From Patescibacteria group bacterium (GTDB lineage Bacteria > Patescibacteriota > Patescibacteriia > UBA1558 > UBA10009), in NCBI GenBank assembly GCA_041662565.1, contig JBAZSE010000001.1, positions 129,084 through 193,083 on the forward strand: a stretch of 64,000 nucleotides of DNA, read 5' to 3'. Made by a program: the position numbers and the translations under genes. A model generated the notes under the pieces. It had not been told where the DNA came from. It did no database searches and worked only from the letters and a program-made list of their open reading frames with translations. Shown here piece after piece: positions 36,586 to 45,779 of the stretch (positions are counted from its first letter, which is position 1; each line of letters opens with the position of its first letter).

Positions 36586-38643
36586 ATGAATACCGTGATT
36601 TGTTTTAAATTCAAGCAGTAATTCCGGAAAGTCGCTGGCAATAATTTGAGCGGCTTTTTTTGTTTCTTCAATCAATTGCCAATCATTCCAGGAAGCGATT
36701 TTAAAGGGGTTTAACCAGCCGGATTGCTCTTGGCCGCTAATGTTGCCCATGCCTCTTTGTTTTAAATCTTCTTCAGCCAATTTAAAGCCGTCATAACAGC
36801 CAATTAGCGCGCCTAAACGGTTTAATGATTTTTCGTTATTACTGTTGGAAAATAACAAGCAATAGGATTGATGGGCGCTGCGGTTAACCCGTCCTCTAAA
36901 TTGATGCAATTGAGCCAAGCCAAATCGTTCAGCCGATTCAATAATAATCACGCTGGCATTGGGCACATTAACTCCGACTTCCACTACCGAAGTTGCCACC
37001 AAAATATCAATTTTGCCGTTAGCAAATTCGGCCATAACTTTGTCTTTTTCTTTGGCTTTAAGTTTGCCATGCAACAAACCGATTTTAAGCTGGGGAAAAA
37101 TTTCATCAGCTAAACGTTGGTATTCTTCGGTGGCCGCCTTAACGCCAAGTTTATCGGATTCTTCAATCAGCGGGCAAATGATAAAGGCCTGTCTGCCTTC
37201 TTTAACTTTTTCCAAAATAAATTCGTAAGCCTTATTCCTACCTGCTTGGTTAATCATTTTGGTAATGGGTTTTTTACGGTCCGGAGGCAATTCATTTAGC
37301 ACGCTTAAATCAAGGTCGCCGTATAAAGTTAAAGATAAGGTTCTGGGAATCGGAGTAGCTGTCATGGATAGCAAATGGGGGGTATATTGGGAATTAATGG
37401 ATTTTTCTTTAAGCCCTTTTCTTTGTTTAACACCAAAACGATGCTGTTCATCTATAATTACCAAACCAAGATTGGCAAACATCACAGCTTCTTGGAGCAG
37501 GGCTTGGGTGCCGATAACCAAATGAATTTCGCCCGATTGAATTGTTTTTAACAACTTGCTTTTGGTTAAATTAGAGATAGTTTCATCCTTGGTGTTATAA
37601 ACCTGGGCTTTGCTCCGGCTTAACAGAGCCACATTGCCGTTAATGGGTTTTAACAGTTCTTTCATGGTTAAAAAATGCTGATAAGCCAAAATTTCCGTAG
37701 GTGCCAGCATGGCGGTTTGTAAATTGTTTAGAGCAACATTGGCAATGGCCAAAGCCGCTACCACTGTTTTACCGCTGCCCACATCACCTTCCAGCAACCT
37801 GTTCATGGGTTTATCTTTGCTCATATCGATTAAAATCTGCCAAGCGCCCTTTTTTTGAGCAGTTGTTAATTGGAAATTCAAATTAGCCACCATGGCCTTG
37901 GTTTGATCTTCATTAAATTGAATTGGCAAGGCGCTGCTTTGCTGCCTTTCTTGCTTCATTAAAATATTTTGCAGTTGCAGTTGTAAAAGTTCATCAAATT
38001 TTAACCGTTTGGTTGCTTGTTGCAAATCATTTTGATTATTGGGAAAGTGAATGGCTTTTAAAGCGGGCGATAAATCCATTAAACCATAATTTGATTTGAT
38101 GGTTTTGGGCAGCCAATCGGCAACTTCATCAACAGCCATTAGGGCCTGTTTAATTAAAAACCGCAATTGTTTTGATGTTAACCCTTCGGTTAAAGAATAA
38201 ATCGGCACCAGCCGGCCGGTGTGCGTTTGTTCGCTTTGGGATTTTTCAAAAGCCGGGTTGATAAAATAGGTATTAAATAAATCGCCTTCAACTTTTCCGG
38301 CAAAAGTAACTTCATCCCCGTTTTTTAAGGTCTTGCCAATGTAGGGTTGCCTAAACCAAACTGCTTTAATGGAACCGGTATTATCGCTTAAAAAACATTC
38401 CGTAATCATCATCTTTTTTCGGGGCGATCTTTTGGTGGCTAAAAGTTCAATCTTTCCCTGGACCGTAGCTACCTCTCCTGCCGCCAGCTCATTAATTTTT
38501 TTTAGCCGGGAAAAATCATCATATCGAAAGGGAAAATAATTAAGCAAATCAAAAACGTTAAAAATCCCCAAGGTTTTTAAGCGTGAGGCCACGGTTTTGC
38601 CCACCTTGGTCAGTTCGGCTACCGGAGTATTAAGGTTAATCAT
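36577..38643 (-). CDS. recG: ATP-dependent DNA helicase RecG
   Basis: N-terminal wedge domain, 'GDVGSGKTVVA', 'DEQHRFGV' and a C-terminal helicase domain 'QFRGRVNRS'. Confidence 0.92.
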   Translation of the reverse strand: MINLNTPVAELTKVGKTVASRLKTLGIFNVFDLLNYFPFRYDDFSRLKKINELAAGEVATVQGKIELLATKRSPRKKMMITECFLSDNTGSIKAVWFRQPYIGKTLKNGDEVTFAGKVEGDLFNTYFINPAFEKSQSEQTHTGRLVPIYSLTEGLTSKQLRFLIKQALMAVDEVADWLPKTIKSNYGLMDLSPALKAIHFPNNQNDLQQATKRLKFDELLQLQLQNILMKQERQQSSALPIQFNEDQTKAMVANLNFQLTTAQKKGAWQILIDMSKDKPMNRLLEGDVGSGKTVVAALAIANVALNNLQTAMLAPTEILAYQHFLTMKELLKPINGNVALLSRSKAQVYNTKDETISNLTKSKLLKTIQSGEIHLVIGTQALLQEAVMFANLGLVIIDEQHRFGVKQRKGLKEKSINSQYTPHLLSMTATPIPRTLSLTLYGDLDLSVLNELPPDRKKPITKMINQAGRNKAYEFILEKVKEGRQAFIICPLIEESDKLGVKAATEEYQRLADEIFPQLKIGLLHGKLKAKEKDKVMAEFANGKIDILVATSVVEVGVNVPNASVIIIESAERFGLAQLHQFRGRVNRSAHQSYCLLFSNSNNEKSLNRLGALIGCYDGFKLAEEDLKQRGMGNISGQEQSGWLNPFKIASWNDWQLIEETKKAAQIIASDFPELLLEFKTNHGIHLE

Positions 38644-38758
38644 GGTTTGATTTTATCAGATTTTACTTATAAAAAATAGATGTTCACCCGATGCTTAGTT
38701 GATATTGACAAATAGGCCAAACTGTAATAAAATTCAAACCATCTTCCAGTATAAATGG

Positions 38759-38845
38759 GCCGAAGTGGCGGAATTGGTAGACGCGCACGACTCAAAATCG
38801 TGTGGGCTTACGCTCATGAGAGTTCGATTCTCTCCTTCGGCACCA
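38759..38845 (+). tRNA. tRNA-Leu (anticodon CAA), type II with a long variable arm. 3' CCA is encoded
   Basis: Acceptor GCCGAAG / CTTCGGC, anticodon loop CUCAAAA, T-arm GAGAGTTCGATTCTCTC, 87 nt. The ORF-track CDS start at 38699 runs across this tRNA and is rejected. Confidence 0.85.
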
Positions 38846-39013
38846 CGGGTCATCATTTGCTTCAGGTTCCGTTTTTTGAATGAAATTCAAAAACTTCACC
38901 TTCCGCAAATGTGCCCCTTTCAAAAATCCCTTTCGCTAAAGCTCAAGGGATTTTTGTTTTGGTTATCTGTGATTGAAAGTTTTTCAAAATTTCAGTATAA
39001 TAAGAGCATTAAT

Positions 39014-39787
39014 ATGGCAAGAATAATTTCTATTATCAATCAAAAGGGCGGAGTAGGTAAAACAACCACGGCTATTAATTTAGCCGCCTATTTGGCCGCT
39101 TACGGCAAAAAGGTTATGTTGATTGATATTGATCCTCAAGGCAATGCTTCTTCGGGTTTGGGAGTTGATTACCAAAATTTGGAAAAAGGCATTTATGAAG
39201 TAATGATGCATGATCCAATAACTTTTGAAGATGTTTTGGTTAAAACCAGAATTGATAATTTGCATTTGGCTCCCGCGAATTTGAATTTAGCCGGCGCTAA
39301 CGTGGAACTGGTAAATACCAGTCGGCGGGAATTTCGTTTAAGCGATAATTTACGATCCATTGCCGGCGATTATGATTTTATTTTAATCGATAATCCGCCC
39401 AGCTTGGGCCTACTAACCTTAAACGGCATGGTAGCGGCTGATGAGCTGTTAATCCCTGTCCAGTGCGAATATTTTGCCTTGGAAGGGCTTTCCCAGCTTT
39501 TGTACACCATTAATTTGATTCAAAACAATTTAAAGCCCAATTTAAATATTTTAGGGGCGGTTTTAACCATGTATGATGGCCGAAATGGCTTATCGGAAGC
39601 GGTCTTTAACGAACTTTATCAGCATTTTCCCAGGCGCATTTTTAGGTCCATTATTCCACGCAATGTTAGGTTGGCCGAAGCACCTTCTTACGGGCAAACA
39701 ATTTTGGAATATGATCCCGCCGGCAAGGGAGCTCGTGCTTATGAAAGATTAGCCAGGGAAGTGATTTTATCAAAAGGTAATTTATAA
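39014..39787 (+). CDS. parA: Chromosome partitioning ATPase ParA/Soj
   Basis: 'IISIINQKGGVGKTTTAINLAA' deviant Walker A. Start taken at the ATG at 39014 downstream of the tRNA. Confidence 0.92.
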   Translation: MARIISIINQKGGVGKTTTAINLAAYLAAYGKKVMLIDIDPQGNASSGLGVDYQNLEKGIYEVMMHDPITFEDVLVKTRIDNLHLAPANLNLAGANVELVNTSRREFRLSDNLRSIAGDYDFILIDNPPSLGLLTLNGMVAADELLIPVQCEYFALEGLSQLLYTINLIQNNLKPNLNILGAVLTMYDGRNGLSEAVFNELYQHFPRRIFRSIIPRNVRLAEAPSYGQTILEYDPAGKGARAYERLAREVILSKGNL

Positions 39788-39791
39788 TTTT

Positions 39792-40670
39792 ATGCAAAAA
39801 GGCGGACTGGGAAGGGGGCTTAATTCCCTTATTCCCAATAAATTAATCGCAGAAAATGTTTCAGCCCAAACTTTAGAGCAAGCTTTTGATTTGGACGAAA
39901 GAGTTAGGCAAGTAAAGCTTGCAGATATTACAGCCAATCCTTGGCAGCCACGCAAGCATTTTGATTACGGCGAGCTGGAAGATTTGGTTAATTCCATAAA
40001 AAAACACGGCATTCTTCAGCCATTGATTGTGATTGGTGCTGGCGAGGGAAAGTATCAACTAATTGCCGGAGAACGCCGTTTTAGAGCCGCTCAAATTTTG
40101 GAATTAGCCACTGTGCCTTGTTTAGTGCGCGAAGCTGAAAAGCTGGAGCAGTTAGAACTGGCCTTGGTGGAAAATTTACAACGAGCCGATCTTAACCCAA
40201 TAGAAGAAGCCAGGGCGTACCAGCAACTGATTGATGAATTTAATTTGACTCAAGAAGAAGTTGGCCAAAAGGTGGCCAAAAAAAGAGCCACGATTGCCAA
40301 TAGTTTGCGCTTGTTGGAACTGCCTGCCGAAATTCAAGATGCTTTAAGTGAAAAAAAGTTTTCACCCGGACATGCTAAAATTATTTTGTCGGCTGCAAGT
40401 GCTCCGGAACGCCTAAGATTATTCAAGAAAATTTTAGAATTTAATTTAACCGTCAGGCAAGCCGAGGGCGAAGTAAAAAAAATATCTGTTAGGTCGCACA
40501 ATCGTGTGAGCGGTAAATCATTGGATATCCAGGATAAAGAAGATGCCTTAAGAAAGGCCTTGGGCACCAAAGTGGCCATTAATCAAAAAGGCAACGGCGG
40601 AACCGTTACCTTGGAATATTATTCGGCTGAAGAATTAAATGCCTTAGTGGCCAAGTTGAGCGGGGATTAA
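39792..40670 (+). CDS. parB: Chromosome partitioning protein ParB/Spo0J
   Basis: 'ITANPWQPRKHFD ... LIAGERRFRAAQ' ParB box plus an HTH. Confidence 0.92.
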   Translation: MQKGGLGRGLNSLIPNKLIAENVSAQTLEQAFDLDERVRQVKLADITANPWQPRKHFDYGELEDLVNSIKKHGILQPLIVIGAGEGKYQLIAGERRFRAAQILELATVPCLVREAEKLEQLELALVENLQRADLNPIEEARAYQQLIDEFNLTQEEVGQKVAKKRATIANSLRLLELPAEIQDALSEKKFSPGHAKIILSAASAPERLRLFKKILEFNLTVRQAEGEVKKISVRSHNRVSGKSLDIQDKEDALRKALGTKVAINQKGNGGTVTLEYYSAEELNALVAKLSGD

Positions 40671-40686
40671 ACCTGTACTTTTGCCA

Positions 40687-42159
40687 TTAATTATTTTTGG
40701 AATTAAGCAGCTTACTGATTTTACCTTGTTGTTTTTGCCTTAAAGATTGCCGGATTTTATCTTTAGCCAAGTTGGTTTTAACAAAATTAAGCCAATCTTC
40801 ATTGGGCGTTACCCGGCTTTTATTAATGATAATTTCCACCACATCGCCGCTTTTTAGCTTGGTGTGCAAAGGGGCAATTTGTTCGTTAACAATGGCGCCC
40901 GAACACTTGTCGCCGATATCGGTGTGGATATGGTAAGCAAAATCAACAGCCGTGGCGTTTTCGGGCAAATCAATAACATCGCCTTTAGGGGTAAAAACAA
41001 AAATCCTGTTTTGGAAAATATCCACTTTAACTTCGGCTAAATAAGAATCGTTATCAGCGATTTTTTTTTGAACCTCCAACAGTTTTTTAAGCCATTCGGT
41101 TTTTTCTTTGGTTAGCTTTTTATTATCCAGTTCTTTATAGTGCCAATGAGCGGCCACACCGTATTCTGCCAATTCATGCATTTCTTGATCTCTAATTTGA
41201 AATTCAATGATTTTGCCTTTTTCGGCAAAAACCGTGGTATGTAAAGATTGGTAGCCGTTGGGCTTGGGTTGGGCAATGTAATCTTTAATCCGGCCTTTTA
41301 AGGGCACCCATTGCTTATGGATGATGCCCAAAACGCGATAGCAATCGGCAACGCTTTTGGTAATTACTCTGACGGCGATTAGATCGTAAATTTTATTGAT
41401 ATCCTGATCTTTTTCCAGAAGTTTTTTATAAAGGGAAAAAAGGTGTTTAACCCGGCCATGAAGGGAATTAATGGCAATATTATTTTCCAGCAGTTTTTTT
41501 TGCAAAATCCTTTTGATTTTTTCAATGTATTTTTTTTCAATTTTAAGGCGGTTTTGTGAGGCATTAATGACCCAGGCGTATTCTTTGGGCATAGCATAGG
41601 GAAAAGCCAAATCTTCCAGCGTGCCGCGCATTTCACCCATACCCAAACGATTGGCAATGGGCGCGTAAATTTCTAGGGTTTCCAAAGCCACTCTTTTTCT
41701 TTTATCCGGCCTTAATGAACTTAATGTTTGCAAATTATTTAAACGGTCGCAAAATTTAATGATGATAATCCTGATATCTTCGGCCATGGCAATAAACATC
41801 CGGCGCAAATTTTCGGCATATCTTTCCAAGCCGCGGTATTTTAAAGTGCCCAACTTGGTAATGCCTTCAACCAATTTAGCCACTTCTTTGCCGAATTTTT
41901 TTTTGATATCTTCCAAAGTAAAACTGGTATCTTCGGGCACATCATGAAGCATGCCGGCAATAAGCGTCGGCATATCCATTTTAAATGATGCCAGGTTATA
42001 AGCGGTAGCCAAACAATGCTGGATATAATCCTCGCCGGAAAGCCGTTTTTGGCCGGCATGGGCAATGGCGGCGAATTCGTGGGCTTCCCGCAGAGCTTTT
42101 TCGTCCAGCAAGGGATTATATTCCCTAACTTTATTGATAATGTCTTCTATGGTTATCAT
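40687..42159 (-). CDS. rel: (p)ppGpp synthetase/hydrolase of the RelA/SpoT family (HD, synthetase and TGS domains; no ACT/C-terminal regulatory region)
   Basis: HD motif 'LHDVPEDT', synthetase 'GRVKHLFSLYKKL ... DLIAVRVI', TGS 'VFTPKGDVIDLPENATAVDFAYHIH'. The protein stops about 40 aa after TGS, at 490 aa. Confidence 0.88.
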   Translation of the reverse strand: MITIEDIINKVREYNPLLDEKALREAHEFAAIAHAGQKRLSGEDYIQHCLATAYNLASFKMDMPTLIAGMLHDVPEDTSFTLEDIKKKFGKEVAKLVEGITKLGTLKYRGLERYAENLRRMFIAMAEDIRIIIIKFCDRLNNLQTLSSLRPDKRKRVALETLEIYAPIANRLGMGEMRGTLEDLAFPYAMPKEYAWVINASQNRLKIEKKYIEKIKRILQKKLLENNIAINSLHGRVKHLFSLYKKLLEKDQDINKIYDLIAVRVITKSVADCYRVLGIIHKQWVPLKGRIKDYIAQPKPNGYQSLHTTVFAEKGKIIEFQIRDQEMHELAEYGVAAHWHYKELDNKKLTKEKTEWLKKLLEVQKKIADNDSYLAEVKVDIFQNRIFVFTPKGDVIDLPENATAVDFAYHIHTDIGDKCSGAIVNEQIAPLHTKLKSGDVVEIIINKSRVTPNEDWLNFVKTNLAKDKIRQSLRQKQQGKISKLLNSKNN

Positions 42160-42277
42160 ATGTTAAATAATACAGTTATTGTAATTATAAAAGCGATTCT
42201 AGTCAAACCAAGAAAACAAAAAAATCAAGAAACAAATTTATCATCAATCGTTTTCTTGATTTATTGATTTTTTGGTA

Positions 42278-43540
42278 TTAAACGCTATTTCGTTTTTTAA
42301 GAATTTGTTCTTCGCTGATCCAATGGGTTCTAAGTTCTCCGGCCAAAAAAAAGGAGCCGGTAATAATCAAGCAATCGGTCGGCTTGATTTTTTTGAGTGC
42401 GGTATTTAAAGCTTGCCAAGGATCGGTATGGGTAGAAATTTTAATTTGTTTGCTAGAATCCAATTGCTTGGCTGTATCCTGTAAAATTTTTAGATCAGTT
42501 GATTTGCGGCTGGGCAATAAAAATCTGGTGAAGAGTAAATTTTTAGCCAAAGGGATAATTTCTTTAAGGGAATTTTTACAAGCTTTATCCTGGGCCAGGC
42601 CAAAAATTACCCAGCATTTTTTTGGGTAAAGCGCTTGAATTTTTTCCCGCAAAAATTTTAACTTGGCCGGATTGTGCGATCCATCAACAATAACTAAGGG
42701 TTTGGTTTGCAAAATTTCCACTCTGGCCGGCAATCTAAGTTGAGCCAATCCTTGTTTAATAAATTTCTCTTGAATTTTTAAATAATTGGCAATGCTGATG
42801 GCCAAATTTTCATCAGGCAGTTTTTGGGGCAAAACGGCCTTAAAGGGCACGTTTAATTTTTGGCATTTTTGGGCCAAAAGGCCGTTTATTTTTTTATTAT
42901 TTTCGGTTGTAAAAAATACCGCGCCCTTTTTAATAATACCCGCTTTATCCAAGGCAATTTTGGTTAAAGTTCTGCCTAAAATTTCCTGATGATCGTAACC
43001 GATGTTGGTAATGGCGCAAACCAATGGGTGTTTAACAATATTGGTAGCATCGTGCTTGCCGCCCAAACCGGCCTCTAAAATAACATAACGGCAACGTTGT
43101 TTTTTAAAATATAAAAAAGCCATGGCCAGCAAGGTTTCAAAATATGAGGGTTGGCCGTAGGGCGAAACCAAAGCCGCTTGGTTTAAATAAGGTTTAATTT
43201 GATCGGTTAAATCAACCAGTTCAGCGGGCGCGATGTATTTTTGATTCACTTTGATTCTTTCAATAGTGGTAGTGGTATGCGGCGAATAGTAAGAACCCAC
43301 TTTAAATCCGGCGGCCAATAACATTTGGTGCAACAAATGAGTGGTAGTGCCTTTGCCGGCTGTTCCGGCTATGTGAATGATCTTGTAAGATTTTTCGGGA
43401 TGGTTAAGTTTTTCCAACAGCCAGTTTAATCTTTTTAAATAAAAAGAGCGGCCTTTGGTTTGGCCTAAATAATCCCTGATTGGCAAATTAAAAAGCGATT
43501 CTAAAAATTTAACCGCTTGCTGGTATTTAGTAAAATCCAT
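42278..43540 (-). CDS. folC: Folylpolyglutamate synthase / dihydrofolate synthase (Mur ligase family)
   Basis: 'IHIAGTAGKGTT' P-loop, Mur-ligase middle and C-domains, about 420 aa. Confidence 0.75.
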   Translation of the reverse strand: MDFTKYQQAVKFLESLFNLPIRDYLGQTKGRSFYLKRLNWLLEKLNHPEKSYKIIHIAGTAGKGTTTHLLHQMLLAAGFKVGSYYSPHTTTTIERIKVNQKYIAPAELVDLTDQIKPYLNQAALVSPYGQPSYFETLLAMAFLYFKKQRCRYVILEAGLGGKHDATNIVKHPLVCAITNIGYDHQEILGRTLTKIALDKAGIIKKGAVFFTTENNKKINGLLAQKCQKLNVPFKAVLPQKLPDENLAISIANYLKIQEKFIKQGLAQLRLPARVEILQTKPLVIVDGSHNPAKLKFLREKIQALYPKKCWVIFGLAQDKACKNSLKEIIPLAKNLLFTRFLLPSRKSTDLKILQDTAKQLDSSKQIKISTHTDPWQALNTALKKIKPTDCLIITGSFFLAGELRTHWISEEQILKKRNSV

Positions 43541-43555
43541 CGTTGTTAAATATTT

Positions 43556-44188
43556 TTAAGAAGCGATTTTTTCCTTGCCCCTTAATAATTTAATGCCTAA
43601 GTAACTTAATGGGGTATAAAGCACGCCCATACCGAATTTAAACAACCACCAGGGAATAACCATTAAGATAATGGTTTTAACAGGGTAAACTCCGGCAAAA
43701 GCAATGGTAAACCAAATGGCGCTATCCAACAGCTGGCCCCATAAATTAGACAAGTTGGATCTAAGCCAAAAATATTTTCCGCCAAGTTTGGCTTTTAAGA
43801 AAAAGAAAGAAAATACATCTTGGTATTCGCCAATAATAAATGCCACCAACGAAGCCAGAGCAAACCTAAACGATAAGCTGAAAATTTGGTTATAAGCCTC
43901 TGCTTGGTAAAAATCCGGCGAGGCCGGCATAACATTGCCGATTAAATTAAAGAACAAATAAACTATCAAGCTAAATAGCCCCATGGACACGAATTTTTTA
44001 GCCATAATTTTGCCGTAAACTTCACCAATCACATCGGTCATTAAAAAAACAATGGGAAAGGCAAAAATGGCCGCCGAAAGGTGCGTGCCAAAAATAAAGG
44101 GCATGAGCTTGATGCCTATGGTATTGGAGGCAAAAAGGGCGGTTAAGTAAAGAGTTAAAGCAATAAAGATTTTTTTATCCGTCAGCAT
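43556..44188 (-). CDS. YhhQ/DUF165-family membrane transporter (putative queuosine-precursor transporter)
   Basis: Six TM helices. 'TDVIGEVYGK' and the overall YhhQ-like layout. Confidence 0.55.
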   Translation of the reverse strand: MLTDKKIFIALTLYLTALFASNTIGIKLMPFIFGTHLSAAIFAFPIVFLMTDVIGEVYGKIMAKKFVSMGLFSLIVYLFFNLIGNVMPASPDFYQAEAYNQIFSLSFRFALASLVAFIIGEYQDVFSFFFLKAKLGGKYFWLRSNLSNLWGQLLDSAIWFTIAFAGVYPVKTIILMVIPWWLFKFGMGVLYTPLSYLGIKLLRGKEKIAS

Positions 44189-44219
44189 GATTTTTTATGT
44201 TAATATTGATTTATTGGGT

Positions 44220-44342
44220 AATTTCAGGTAAAAAATTATTTTTACTTGCTCATATAACTCGCTTGCCCGATTGCGCCTACGGCTTATCGGGCTGCACTCA
44301 AACAGATATTCGCTTCGTTAAAATATTTTTTTACCTGAAATT
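44220..44342 (-). promoter_or_regulatory. Long inverted repeat enclosing an internal hairpin, in the 5' leader of the YhhQ-like gene / 3' of dprA
   Basis: AATTTCAGGTAAAAAA (44220-35) pairs with TTTTTTACCTGAAATT (44327-42). The inner hairpin is GCCCGAT (44265-71) / ATCGGGC (44286-92). Confidence 0.45.
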
Positions 44343-44350
44343 GTGATGAT

Positions 44351-45445
44351 TTATATTTTGATGTAAATTTGGCCACCAAGGTTTTTTATTAGGCCTTTAA
44401 TCTCCAGTTGGATTAGCAAACCATTAACTAAAGATGTCTCTAGATTACAGTTTTCTATGATTTTGTCAATGTGGATAGGGCTAAAGCTTAAAAGTTGATA
44501 AATTATTTTTTCCTCTTGATTAAGGCCAATTACGGTTTTTTCTAAGATTGGATTTTGTTCTAAGCAAGGAGCGGTTAAATTAAAAAGTTCCAAAATATCA
44601 TTAGCGCCAGTAACCACTTTGGCACCGTTTTTAATTAAATTATTAACGCCAACCGAATTTGGGGTATTGATGTTTTGAGGCACCACCAAAACCTCCCTAT
44701 TTTGCTCCAAAGACGAGCTGGCTGTTATTAAAGCGCCGGATTTTTGGGCCGCTTCAATAATTAACGATGCTTTAGCAAGGCCTGAAATAATCCTATTGCG
44801 TCGGGGAAAACTATAAGGCATTGCAACAGAGGCGGGCGGGTTTTCGGAAATTAATAAACCTCCTTGTTCCAAAATTTTTTTTGCTAAATTAACATTAGCT
44901 TGGGGATACAAATATTCCCAAGACAGACCAGAGCCAACTACGGCAATGGTTTGTCCTCCATTAGCTAAAGCCAACTGATGAGCCAACTGATCAACCCCAA
45001 ATGCCAGGCCGGAAATAATAACCACGCCCTGGGTTATGGCTGGTGCTAAAATATTCGGCATAATGGCCGTGGCATAGTTAGAAATTTTTCTAGAACCCAC
45101 AACCGCCAAGGTTAAAGGATTATTGGTCAGTTTAAGATTGCCTCTGTAATAAAAAAGCACCGGAGGATCAAAAATCTCTTTTAGCAATGGCGGATAATCA
45201 GCTTCAAAAACAGAACAAACGGCAATTCCTTGATCAACTATTTTTTTAACCTCTAAATCCGGATCAAGATTTTTTTTGGCGTTAAGTAGTAGGGTAATAA
45301 TTTTATCAGGCACGCTTTTATTTTTTAAATCTAAAAAAGAGGCCGAATACAAAATTTCCGACGAGCCAAAAAGATCAATTAGTTTTTTAAGAGTAGCAGG
45401 GCCAAGGCCGTCTACCTGGCTTAACGCCAAAAGATATTTGTCCAT
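44351..45445 (-). CDS. dprA: DNA processing protein DprA (Smf)
   Basis: 'LAVVGSRKIS ... GLAFGVDQLAHQ ... AVVGSGL' Rossmann-like DprA core. Confidence 0.9.
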   Translation of the reverse strand: MDKYLLALSQVDGLGPATLKKLIDLFGSSEILYSASFLDLKNKSVPDKIITLLLNAKKNLDPDLEVKKIVDQGIAVCSVFEADYPPLLKEIFDPPVLFYYRGNLKLTNNPLTLAVVGSRKISNYATAIMPNILAPAITQGVVIISGLAFGVDQLAHQLALANGGQTIAVVGSGLSWEYLYPQANVNLAKKILEQGGLLISENPPASVAMPYSFPRRNRIISGLAKASLIIEAAQKSGALITASSSLEQNREVLVVPQNINTPNSVGVNNLIKNGAKVVTGANDILELFNLTAPCLEQNPILEKTVIGLNQEEKIIYQLLSFSPIHIDKIIENCNLETSLVNGLLIQLEIKGLIKNLGGQIYIKI

Positions 45446-45540
45446 AAATCGCTTTTCAGTTGATTATGCGACAATCTTAATTTATTTATTTCTTGCAGTC
45501 AAGGTCTTGACAGCTGGCTAATTTTTGTTAAGATGGAGTA

Positions 45541-45766
45541 TCGTAATTTGCCTATTTGTGGGGCTAAATCGAGCAAATTAAGCTTAAGCTTCTATTTGCC
45601 AGCGGCCAAACCCCGGGTTGCCCTCCTAGCCCTGGGGCTGTAGCCACCAAGTTAAGTTCTAAGCCCTTGTGGCTTTAGTGCTTACGCTGGCAGGTAGTAT
45701 CTTGCGCTAAATTAAAATAAAAGAAACCGAGCTCGCTCGGTTTCTTTTATTGTTGCAATCAAGCGC
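45541..45766 (+). ncRNA. Candidate structured small RNA of unidentified family. It has its own sigma70-like promoter and ends at the bidirectional terminator
   Basis: -35 TTGACA (45507-12), 16-nt spacer, -10 TAAGAT (45529-34). GC-rich internal stems: CTATTTGCCAGCG / CGCTGGCAGGTAG, CCCCGGG / CCTGGGG and GCCACCAAG / CTTGTGGC. No ORF is present. Strand is uncertain. Confidence 0.45.
45713..45755. terminator. Bidirectional intrinsic terminator downstream of pth
   Basis: GAAACCGAG - CTCG - CTCGGTTTC hairpin flanked by an A-tract and TTTTATTGTTG. Confidence 0.8.
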
Positions 45767-45779
45767 CTTAATCTACAAA

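Noticed and set aside
38699-39013. ORF-track CDS start at 38699, extending the parA ORF 105 codons upstream
   Set aside because: The extension reads straight through tRNA-Leu(CAA) (38759-38845) and its flanks. The conserved ParA N-terminus begins at the ATG at 39014, so the real CDS is 39014-39787
44220-44342. preQ1 riboswitch upstream of the YhhQ-like gene
   Set aside because: The context is suggestive. But the preQ1-I hallmark (a short hairpin directly followed by an A-rich AAAAAACUA tail forming the pseudoknot) and the preQ1-II features are not recognisable. Reported only as a generic structured leader
35242-45445. Treating ssb, radA, recG and dprA near the T4SS locus as a dedicated DNA-uptake module
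   Set aside because: These are universally conserved housekeeping genes in their usual neighbourhoods (rpsF-ssb-rpsR; radA; recG; dprA-pth). Co-location is probably just the small genome. No comEC, comEA or comF genes are seen in the window
45541-45766. Calling the dprA-pth ncRNA candidate a tmRNA or SRP RNA
   Set aside because: GGGGCT 5' and GCCACCA motifs look like tmRNA ends, and GCTGGCAGG resembles the 4.5S RNA 3' region. But there is no T-arm-like GGTTCGAATCC element and no SRP domain IV GNRA-loop / AGCAGCC pattern. It is kept as an unclassified candidate
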